DNA of 24,000 bases from assembly GCA_024278985.1 (NCBI GenBank), contig JAJRSC010000005.1, positions 40,188 through 64,187 on the forward strand. The letters are read 5' to 3'. Below, one piece after another: positions 1 through 6,878 of this stretch. A program made the position numbers and the translations under genes. The notes below the pieces were generated by a model. The model was not told the DNA's origin, did not search any database, and saw only the letters and a program-made list of their open reading frames with translations. Numbering within the stretch: the stretch's first letter is position 1; every line of letters begins with the position of its first letter. This DNA comes from an archaeon. Lineage in GTDB: Archaea > AGJL01 > Methanococci > Methanococcales > Methanocaldococcaceae.

Positions 1-458
1 AAAATTGTTTCTCTTGTTGCTCCTCTATTTTTAAATTTTTCTATTACTTTATCAATTTCAACTCTTTTATTACCAAAAATTAAATTATCTGCATGAGCAA
101 CTATTTTTTCCTCTAATGTTATAGGAATATAATCCTTATAGGGTAATCCAAAATTTAAAGCCTCCTTCTTAGTTAATCCTGCTCCTATATGTCTCTCTGC
201 TATTAAAACAATCTCCTTAGGAAATCCATATTCTTCTAAAATTATTCCTCCTATGATACCATGCTCTATAGTATGGGTTTTACTCCTTCCAATATCATGT
301 AATAAAGCTCCAACTTTAACAAGTTTAGTATCTACATCATAACCATTATTTTTTATTATTAATGATAACTCATAGGCATATTCAGAAACTGCTAAACAGT
401 GTTTTACAACTTCTTCATCACATAATTCTTTTAATAGTTTTAGAGCCCTAAAAAACAT
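1..458 (-). CDS. HD/HDIG-domain metal-dependent phosphohydrolase (5' complete, 3' end runs off the window; absent from ORF track)
   Basis: Manual reverse translation from ATG at 458-456 gives MFFRALKLLKELCDEEVVKHCLAVSEYAYELS...KVGALLHDIGRSKTHTIEHGIIGG...ERHIGAG...AHADNLIFG. This shows an H..HD..H..D pattern. The frame stays open to position 1. The start lies 4 nt after the tfe stop. Confidence 0.8.
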   Translation of the reverse strand, partial: MFFRALKLLKELCDEEVVKHCLAVSEYAYELSLIIKNNGYDVDTKLVKVGALLHDIGRSKTHTIEHGIIGGIILEEYGFPKEIVLIAERHIGAGLTKKEALNFGLPYKDYIPITLEEKIVAHADNLIFGNKRVEIDKVIEKFKNRGATRETI

Positions 459-462
459 AATC

Positions 463-1017
463 TCATTGATTTAAGAATTTGTTTTTTTTTAATTCTTCTT
501 CTAAAAATTTTATATATTCCTCTAACTCTTTGATTATTGAAGAGTTATCAAACTCCTTTAACATAGCCCCACAGCTTGGACAAATAAAGTTATAATCCAT
601 AGCCTCATCAAATGTAAATCTTATATTACATTTATCACAATAGAAAAATATGTTATTTTTTTCAAATTCTAATTTTTCTTTTAGAGATTTTAAAAGTTCA
701 TTTATTTTTTTTCTTGCTGTGTAAGGTAATTTTTCTAATGTTGGTTTCCATGTGTAGTAAAACCAATTTCTATCTTCTTCTTTCCATTTTTTATAATCAA
801 CTAATCTTGCCTCATACAACTTATATAATAATTTCCTCAGAGTATTTAATTTTATATTCAACTCTTTGGCAAGTTCATCCTCAGTAGTTTCTCCTTTTCT
901 AAGCATAACTTCAATTAACTCATATCCTTTTTCATCTCCTTCAAATATATTATATAAAACCTCCTGAATTAATGGGTCTGAAAGCATTTCATATATTTTT
1001 TCTTTATTTAACTTCAT
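463..1017 (-). CDS. tfe: Transcription factor E (TFE alpha, TFIIE-alpha homologue)
   Basis: 184 aa. N-terminal winged helix (TTEDELAKELNIKLNTLRKLLYKLYEARLV) followed by a CxxC...CxxC zinc ribbon (CDKC...CPSC). The start overlaps the upstream gene stop by 4 nt. Confidence 0.85.
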   Translation of the reverse strand: MKLNKEKIYEMLSDPLIQEVLYNIFEGDEKGYELIEVMLRKGETTEDELAKELNIKLNTLRKLLYKLYEARLVDYKKWKEEDRNWFYYTWKPTLEKLPYTARKKINELLKSLKEKLEFEKNNIFFYCDKCNIRFTFDEAMDYNFICPSCGAMLKEFDNSSIIKELEEYIKFLEEELKKNKFLNQ

Positions 1018-2054
1018 ATTATCTCCATTTTTATTTTTTCTTTTAGAAGTTTATGTTTATTTTCTGTAATTATTGTTGTAATTGGATTATTTTTTCTTAT
1101 TATTGCTCCATTTTTTGGTAAATCATAAAAATATTTCATTCTTGGGACATAATATTTTCCACTACTTTTTGCAAAGATTACCCTCTTTATAATTCTTTTT
1201 TTAGGTTTAACAGGATGATTTTTTAAGATTGACAAGGCAATATTTTGATTAGAACATATTTCAATTGAGTCATAAGTTCCTAAAATTCTTGGATTTATAT
1301 CTATAATATATGGATTATTATCCTTAATTAAGAAATCAAAACCATTCATTCCTCTTAAATCAAATATGTTTATTAAATCTTCAAATATTTTAATAAATTC
1401 CTTTTTGAGAGAATAAGGGACAATATTCCCAGCATAGATTCCATTAAATAATATTTGTTTATTAAATGTTATAAAACTATTGTTAATAAAGTTAATACTA
1501 AAACTGCCTCCTGGAATATACTCCTGAGCTAATATTGGAAAAGAAATATTTTTTTTTAAAGTATTTAGCTCATCATTTAAAGATATCTTAATAACACCCT
1601 TACCATTTAATGGCTTTAAAACAATCTTTTTATGCTCATCTAAGAATTTTATAAGTTGTTTAAAACTATTTATTTTTTTATATGTGGGAACAAAATAACC
1701 AAGATTATAGAGTTTTTTATAAATATATAATTTATTACTAAGGTTATATATAGTTTTTGGAGAATTTCCAACTATATTCCAATTAACTTTTTTATAGTAA
1801 TTTTCAAAAACTCCTGAAGTTATAAATACATAATCAACATCATCAGCTAATTCATCAGCTTTATTAATTAAATCCTTCTCATTAAAATTTTCCCAAAAAT
1901 TACCATGATTATCTTTATTAATAAAATAATATTTTTCATCAGCTTTTAAATCCTCTGGACAGTAATAGGAAACTGATATAACATAATATCCTAATTCCTT
2001 TAATGAATTTACTACTGCTCTTGTATTTATTCCAACTACTAAAACTTTCTTCAT
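1014..2054 (-). CDS. ATP-grasp family ligase, specific substrate unknown
   Basis: 346 aa. A Rossmann-like N-terminus (KVLVVGINTRAVVNSLKELGY) is followed by an ATP-grasp-like core (KIVLKPLNGKG, AQEYIPG, FDFLIKDNNPYIIDINPR). 4-nt ATGA-type overlaps with both mptA and tfe. Confidence 0.7.
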   Translation of the reverse strand: MKKVLVVGINTRAVVNSLKELGYYVISVSYYCPEDLKADEKYYFINKDNHGNFWENFNEKDLINKADELADDVDYVFITSGVFENYYKKVNWNIVGNSPKTIYNLSNKLYIYKKLYNLGYFVPTYKKINSFKQLIKFLDEHKKIVLKPLNGKGVIKISLNDELNTLKKNISFPILAQEYIPGGSFSINFINNSFITFNKQILFNGIYAGNIVPYSLKKEFIKIFEDLINIFDLRGMNGFDFLIKDNNPYIIDINPRILGTYDSIEICSNQNIALSILKNHPVKPKKRIIKRVIFAKSSGKYYVPRMKYFYDLPKNGAIIRKNNPITTIITENKHKLLKEKIKMEII

Positions 2055-2983
2055 AATAGTTCCTTTCTAAGTTCTCCTAAGGTAGTATTTATTTCAGCAA
2101 AAGCATTATGCCTATGAATACTCTCAAAATTTATCTGTTTTATATGAACTTTTGTTTCATCTGGTAGATGGTTGAATTTTTTAACAATTCTGTTTGCCAT
2201 TTCCCTAACACAATCCTCTACAAATTTAGGGTTAGTATGGCTTTTTTTAACAACATATGCCTCATCTACTCTCTTCAATATTCCATAAATTTCTGCACTC
2301 ATTGAATTTTTTATTATATTAATAATATCTAAAATCTCAACATAATAATCTTCTGGAATTTCAAGAATTATTTTTCCAATTCCTCTTTGGTTGTGGGTTG
2401 CAAAAATAACACTATCCAATATTTTTAAAATATCCTCATCACTAAATCCTTTATTTTTTAAATTTTCAATACATATTTCTTTTATTAAGTTCTGAGCACA
2501 TGGGCATGCAGTTATTCCAACAACTTCTGCTCCTACTATTTTAGTAATCTTTAAATTATCATTTTCTTTAATTCCTTTAGCCCCTCCAATTATTTTATGA
2601 ACTTCTTGAGAGATTTTTTTTGAGATTGGACTCTTTTCTTCTAACATAAAATCACTAATCATTAACACCTCAGCCCTATTTGCATATTCATGTTTCTTAA
2701 ACAATCTTTTAACAATTTCCTCACATATTGTTTCCATTTCATAACTCTCCATTTTTAATGCTTCATCAATTATTTCCTCTATAACTTCTGGATGCCTTGA
2801 CATATGTATTCCTTTTTGGGAACTTGGTAAATTAACAGAAACATCAAAGGTTGGAAGTAATATTATAGGTCTTTTTCCATTTCTTTTTATTCTAACAAGT
2901 TTTTTTAAATTAGATATACCAACCTTTGTTAAGGATATTTTTATATCTGGTTCTATATTTTGTATATCACATTTCCAATTCAT
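2051..2983 (-). CDS. mptA: GTP cyclohydrolase MptA (FolE2/MptA family, methanopterin biosynthesis)
   Basis: 310 aa with the family hallmarks QKGIHMSR and ITACPCAQ. Methanogen genomic context. Confidence 0.85.
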   Translation of the reverse strand: MNWKCDIQNIEPDIKISLTKVGISNLKKLVRIKRNGKRPIILLPTFDVSVNLPSSQKGIHMSRHPEVIEEIIDEALKMESYEMETICEEIVKRLFKKHEYANRAEVLMISDFMLEEKSPISKKISQEVHKIIGGAKGIKENDNLKITKIVGAEVVGITACPCAQNLIKEICIENLKNKGFSDEDILKILDSVIFATHNQRGIGKIILEIPEDYYVEILDIINIIKNSMSAEIYGILKRVDEAYVVKKSHTNPKFVEDCVREMANRIVKKFNHLPDETKVHIKQINFESIHRHNAFAEINTTLGELRKELL

Positions 2984-4196
2984 TTTTATCCCCTAATAAA
3001 ACATCAATTAACTCTCTTGATAGTCTATAATAAACATTGTTTCCTTTTCTTTCTTTATAAATATATCCCATTTCATAAATATCTGAAAGATGTGTTCCAA
3101 TAGTTCCAGGAGATTTTTTTAAATATTCTGAAAGTTGTGTTACTGTTGTACTACCTCCAAGTTTTGCCATAGCCTTAACAATTTCAGATTGAGCAGGAGT
3201 TAAATGGTTTAAAATCTGATGTCCAATACTTATTCCCAAAGAATGTATTGCTTCACTAACAATTTTCTCATCTATTTTATTTAAGTTCTTTTTTATAGCT
3301 ATTGATATAGATTCTGAACATGTCATTATTATTTTTCTTGGTATCCCATCACATAATTCAACAATTTTATCAATTGCCTCTCTAGTAAATGGTTCAAATT
3401 CTTCAGCCCCTTCTATATGAGCATCTTCTAATCTTCTCCTAATTAAGTCATATGATTCTTCTGTTGAAAGAGGAGGCATATTTATAATCTTTGGAATTCT
3501 ATCCTTTATAGGTGGAGATATTTTAGTTAGGTCTTCCATCAATGTTGGAGAACCTGCTAAGAATGTTAATATTCCTTCTTCATATAAAAAAGAATGGAAA
3601 AATTGTAAGAGTGATAAACAACTTTTCTTAGCAAATTGGTCAGCTTCATCTATTAAGATTATACATAATTTATTCCTATCTTTAACTTCATTAATTAAAA
3701 ATTCTAAATCCCTCTCTATTCTCTCTCTTGGATAATGTATAGGAACTTTATCTCCATAGTTGTTTAATTTTTTGTACATATCAATTATTTTAGAGGAATA
3801 CTCCAAATAATCAGATTTTATTGTTCCATTTATTGTAAATAAATTTTCTGTTAAAATATTGTATAGTAATTGGATTAAAAACTGTCTTGGAGTTATTTGT
3901 GATGCTGTAAGTTCTACGACCCAATGACCTTGTTTTTTTGTAGCATAGTATATAATATTAAGCATTGAACTTTTACCAATTCCTTTAGTTCCTACAATTG
4001 CTGCATTGGCAACACTACCATGCATTGCTGACCCTAAAATTTCTCCAATTTCTCTTAACTCACTAACCCTTCCAACAAAAAATTTTGTGTTTCCTCTAAT
4101 AGGCTTTTCTGAAAATGGATTATACTTTAATTTAAGTTTATGCATAGTGTTTGTTATCGACCTTGCCGATTCTTGTATAAATTCAATTGGGTCCAT
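2967..4196 (-). CDS. Highly divergent Orc1/Cdc6-like AAA+ ATPase with C-terminal winged helix
   Basis: 409 aa. Canonical Walker A GTKGIGKSS and Walker B CIILIDEADQF. Lid-like GIPRKIIMTCSESISIAI in the position of GDAR-AIDLL. C-terminal wHTH (TVTQLSEYLKKSPGTIGTHLSDIYEMGYIYKERKGNNVYYRLS). GGTGAG Shine-Dalgarno 4 nt before the ATG. Faces a 620-bp AT-rich gap. Confidence 0.6.
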   Translation of the reverse strand: MDPIEFIQESARSITNTMHKLKLKYNPFSEKPIRGNTKFFVGRVSELREIGEILGSAMHGSVANAAIVGTKGIGKSSMLNIIYYATKKQGHWVVELTASQITPRQFLIQLLYNILTENLFTINGTIKSDYLEYSSKIIDMYKKLNNYGDKVPIHYPRERIERDLEFLINEVKDRNKLCIILIDEADQFAKKSCLSLLQFFHSFLYEEGILTFLAGSPTLMEDLTKISPPIKDRIPKIINMPPLSTEESYDLIRRRLEDAHIEGAEEFEPFTREAIDKIVELCDGIPRKIIMTCSESISIAIKKNLNKIDEKIVSEAIHSLGISIGHQILNHLTPAQSEIVKAMAKLGGSTTVTQLSEYLKKSPGTIGTHLSDIYEMGYIYKERKGNNVYYRLSRELIDVLLGDKNELEM

Positions 4197-4230
4197 AAAC
4201 TCACCACTAAATTACTATCGTAATTAGAAT

Positions 4231-4254
4231 ATATGCACTTCGAAAATTAGAAAC
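4231..4254. repeat. Diverged copy of the ATGCA-TTCGAAAA-type element, about 35 nt upstream of the Orc-like start
   Basis: atatgcacttcgaaaattagaaac aligns with catacatgcaattcgaaaactcgaaaac at 5711-5738. It sits beside a probable TATA (rc gcatatattc). Confidence 0.5.
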
Positions 4255-4325
4255 TTTCTATTTTAGAATTTCGTCAATTAACTAAATTTAAATCTATAAA
4301 ATAATTTTTTATTTCTTTTAAAAAC

Positions 4326-4373
4326 GTGAATATAATTTTATTACATTAAAAATATTGTGAATATAATTTTATT
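4326..4373 (+). repeat. Two perfect 17-bp direct repeats GTGAATATAATTTTATT (4326-4342, 4357-4373), 31-bp period
   Basis: Read directly from the sequence; both copies are identical. Confidence 0.9.
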
Positions 4374-4471
4374 TTTTTGTATTTTATATTAATAATCCCT
4401 CAGAAATAAACTTTAATAATTTTACAATAAATATATAAACTATTCTTATGAAATAAAGTTTTTTTTAATTC

Positions 4472-4483
4472 TTCTCATGAGAA
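4472..4483. repeat. Perfect 12-bp palindrome TTCTCATGAGAA
   Basis: Self-complementary on inspection. Confidence 0.85.
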
Positions 4484-4661
4484 TAAAAAATACATAAGTA
4501 AATATAAATTATCATGAATCTAACATTTTTATAATATATAAACTATGAATCAAATTTTATTATAGTTATAACAAGTATAAAATATCTGAGATAAAAATAA
4601 AATAAAAAAAGAAATCATTTTATATTAGAAATTATGTTGAGTTTTATCAAATCTATAAAAA

Positions 4662-4680
4662 ATTGAAAATTATTTTCAAT
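4662..4680. repeat. 9-1-9 palindrome ATTGAAAAT-T-ATTTTCAAT
   Basis: The two arms are exact reverse complements. Confidence 0.85.
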
Positions 4681-4829
4681 ATTAACATAGTAATAAAAAT
4701 CCATAAATTTATGATAGTAAATTATAATATGAATCTAAAGGTATTTATATGATAAAAAGAAAAAATAATTGAGCAACTGTAAAGATAAAATATAAAATTT
4801 TATTAAAAAAATAAAAATTGGTGATTAAT

Positions 4830-5357
4830 ATGGAAAGATTGCCATATGAGGTCGTATCAACTATATTCAGAAAAGCCATTTTACACTATTTAGTAATAAC
4901 CGGACAAGTATTTCCTACAAAATTATCCAAAGATTTGGGTATATCAAAAGGACTCTCATCAGGGTTTTTAAGACTATGTAACGCTTTAGGTGTAGTAAAA
5001 AGAGAAAGAAACAAACATAAAGTTTTATATTCACTAACGGGTAAAGGAGTGGCAGTTTTAAAAAGATTAGCGCCCGAAATATTTGATTTAAGTTTTAGTG
5101 AGGTTTTCGAAACACTTTCGAAAAGTAAGTTTTCTACTAAACATTACCCATTAGCCAAGTTAGGATTTAGAATAGAGTATGAAGAAGATAACTTCAAGGG
5201 AGTGACTTTTTACTTTTATGACTATGATAACAACCTTTTAGGAACGGTATATAGGAATTCTCAGAATATTTGGTGGTGTAGTATATGTAAAAAAGAGGCA
5301 TGTAAGCATATCGATTACGCCAAAAAGCTATATAATAAATTGAAAAATATAAATTAA
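4830..5357 (+). CDS. Winged-helix DNA-binding protein with C-terminal SWIM-like zinc finger, function unknown
   Basis: GGTGAT Shine-Dalgarno 4 nt before ATG 4830 (the track's TTG at 4818 is less likely). wHTH-like segment PTKLSKDLGISKGLSSGFLRLCNALGVVKRERNKHKVLYSLTGKG. C-terminal WWCSICKKEACKHIDYAKKLY shows a CxxC-x4-CxH pattern. 175 codons without a stop in very AT-rich DNA. Confidence 0.6.
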   Translation: MERLPYEVVSTIFRKAILHYLVITGQVFPTKLSKDLGISKGLSSGFLRLCNALGVVKRERNKHKVLYSLTGKGVAVLKRLAPEIFDLSFSEVFETLSKSKFSTKHYPLAKLGFRIEYEEDNFKGVTFYFYDYDNNLLGTVYRNSQNIWWCSICKKEACKHIDYAKKLYNKLKNIN

Positions 5358-5360
5358 TAA

Positions 5361-5393
5361 TTTTCGAGTTTTCGAGTTGCATGTATGTATATG
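5361..5393. repeat. Left arm of a 33-bp inverted repeat (TTTTCGAGTTTTCGAGTTGCATGTATGTATATG)
   Basis: Its reverse complement matches 5705-5737 at 32 of 33 positions. Begins 3 nt after the stop of the wHTH-SWIM gene. Confidence 0.9.
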
Positions 5394-5704
5394 CCACGGT
5401 TGTGTATATAGAAAATTTTTAGAAAAAAATTATCACAAAAATTTTAGGCAGTAGTATGCTCTTTTTTAGTTTAGATAATACAGTATTTTAGAGATTTTAT
5501 AAAAATGTCAACAAATATTTTTTTGTTTTTGTGAAAAATAATAATTTGACATTATTATATTTTATAATTTTTATTTTATTTTATTTTTTTAATTTAACAA
5601 ATAAATTTTTTATAAAATTCTTTTATTGTACAAAAACAAAAATTAATAAAAAATTTTTGTTGTGATAATTTTGGTTTATGTGTTTTGTATATCTTTCCCT
5701 TAAC
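5394..5704. other. 311-bp ultra-AT-rich core between the inverted repeats (DUE-like)
   Basis: I count 10 G/C in 5521-5640 (120 nt). There is an uninterrupted 47-nt A/T tract at 5551-5597. Inner imperfect inverted repeat aaattatcacaaaaatttt / aaaatttttgttgtgataattt. 8-bp inverted repeat AATGTCAA/TTGACATT. No ORF. Confidence 0.6.
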
Positions 5705-5737
5705 CATATACATACATGCAATTCGAAAACTCGAAAA
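5705..5737. repeat. Right arm of the 33-bp inverted repeat (CATATACATACATGCAATTCGAAAACTCGAAAA)
   Basis: One mismatch to the left arm, at 5722 (T versus C). Contains a tandem TCGAAAAC x2. Confidence 0.9.
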
Positions 5738-5840
5738 CCTTATTTAAAAAGTGATTATATTTATGTATCAACAATACACAAGTGTTTTTAAATTTCAAAA
5801 AAATAGTAATAAAACATTTACCTTAAAATAGAAATATTTC

Positions 5841-6197
5841 CTATATATCACTCGAAAACTCGAAAATACAGCAGTCTAACAGAAATAGTGATATAAAAGA
5901 ATTGTATTTATTTTTTTTGTATTTCCTCAATAATTCTATAAACTTAGGAGTATTTTTTTTCTTTAATTTAAACCTAATCTTACCTCTAACTTTGTATTTT
6001 GCTAAAATACCCATATTACATAAATCATTTAAGTATTTATATAGTGTTATATATTTAAAATCTACTTTGTTATAAATATCTTCAATTTTAAAACTTTTTA
6101 GTTTAATAACTATTTCAACAAGCTTTTTATATTTTCTATCAACTATGTAGGGAAGTATTTTAAGCCATGGAATTTTTAATTCTCTAATTGTTTTTAA
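5841..6197 (-). other. In-frame continuation after the TAG stop of the upstream ORF, encoding a winged-helix domain (split gene, pseudogene or readthrough)
   Basis: My reverse translation directly after TAG 6200-6198 gives LKTIRELKIPWLKILPYIVDRKYKKLVEIVIKLKSFKIEDIYNKVDFKYITLYKYLNDLCNMGILAKYKVRGKIRFKLKKKNTPKFIELLRKYKK...SSDI*. That is 118 sense codons with no stop in DNA that appears very A/T-rich by eye. There is no ATG/GTG/TTG before residue 62. Confidence 0.55.
5849..5868. repeat. Additional direct copy of the CTCGAAAACTCGAAAA core
   Basis: cactcgaaaactcgaaaata. The core at 5851-5866 is identical to 5730-5737 plus the preceding unit. It is enclosed by a perfect 9-bp inverted repeat, TATATCACT (5844-5852) and AGTGATATA (5887-5895). 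Confidence 0.8.
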
Positions 6198-6878
6198 CTA
6201 CCTTTTACAGTGTTTTAATATTATTTCAATTACTTCTAAATTACCATTTGTTATATTATAAAGATGTTCTGCTACTTTTCTACTAATACAATAGCCAAGT
6301 TTTTTAGCAAAGTATCTAATAACTCCAATAATATTTATTATTCCTTCAGGAAAATGTTTTAAAACTTCTTTATGGCACTCTATAGGATACCTTAGAACAA
6401 CACTTATATTATTTTTTCTTAGTTCTTTAACAAATCTTATAAAACTCTTTTTATAGTTCCATTTTCTAATGTCATGAATATCCAAAACAATAATTGGATT
6501 TATTGATTTTAATATAGCTAATAACTTACCTCTAACTTTATAAAAATCCCAATTTTTGATATTGATAAAAAACTCCTTTATAGCCTTAAACCATGCCTTT
6601 TTAGCTCTATAATGTTTTTTAAAATATTTTTTTTCTACAATATAATTAAATAAATTTTCAAACCATCCAGAATTTTTATTAACTAAATAATATTTATCTT
6701 TTAATAAAAATGCTAATCTTAAAATTATCTTTTTAATGTTTGGAGTTCCCAATACTCTAAATATTGGAAATTTGTTAAAATAAAATTCACCACCCTCCTC
6801 TAAAATATTCTCTCTATGAGTTGGAAATAAATATAATCCATTAAAAAATTCTTCAGGTATATCTTTAATTATCATCAT
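6198..6878 (-). CDS. Degenerate AAA+ (Orc1/Cdc6-like fold) protein lacking intact ATPase motifs; ends at a TAG followed by an in-frame WH domain
   Basis: 226 aa. P-loop position reads VLGTPNIKK (lysine kept, glycines lost). Walker-B position reads PIIVLDIHD (no DE). Lid or sensor-2 position reads NITNGNLEVIEIIL (compare GDAR-AIDLL; arginine lost). The ATGATG start overlaps the cbiL stop by 14 nt. Confidence 0.5.
   Translation of the reverse strand: MMIIKDIPEEFFNGLYLFPTHRENILEEGGEFYFNKFPIFRVLGTPNIKKIILRLAFLLKDKYYLVNKNSGWFENLFNYIVEKKYFKKHYRAKKAWFKAIKEFFINIKNWDFYKVRGKLLAILKSINPIIVLDIHDIRKWNYKKSFIRFVKELRKNNISVVLRYPIECHKEVLKHFPEGIINIIGVIRYFAKKLGYCISRKVAEHLYNITNGNLEVIEIILKHCKR

Noticed and set aside
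4006-4227. 73-aa plus-strand ORF
   Set aside because: It is antisense to the well-supported Orc-like gene. It is low-complexity, has no Shine-Dalgarno, and runs across that gene's start.
5194-5397. 67-aa minus-strand ORF
   Set aside because: It is antisense to the 3' end of the wHTH-SWIM gene and extends into the inverted-repeat arm. It is Tyr/Ile-rich low-complexity sequence typical of AT-rich antisense frames.
6198-6200. Reading the in-frame TAG as pyrrolysine
   Set aside because: Pyrrolysine decoding is known from Methanosarcinales and Methanomassiliicoccales and needs pylTSBCD. I know of none in Methanococcales and none is visible here. A nonsense mutation, a sequencing error or low-level readthrough is more parsimonious.
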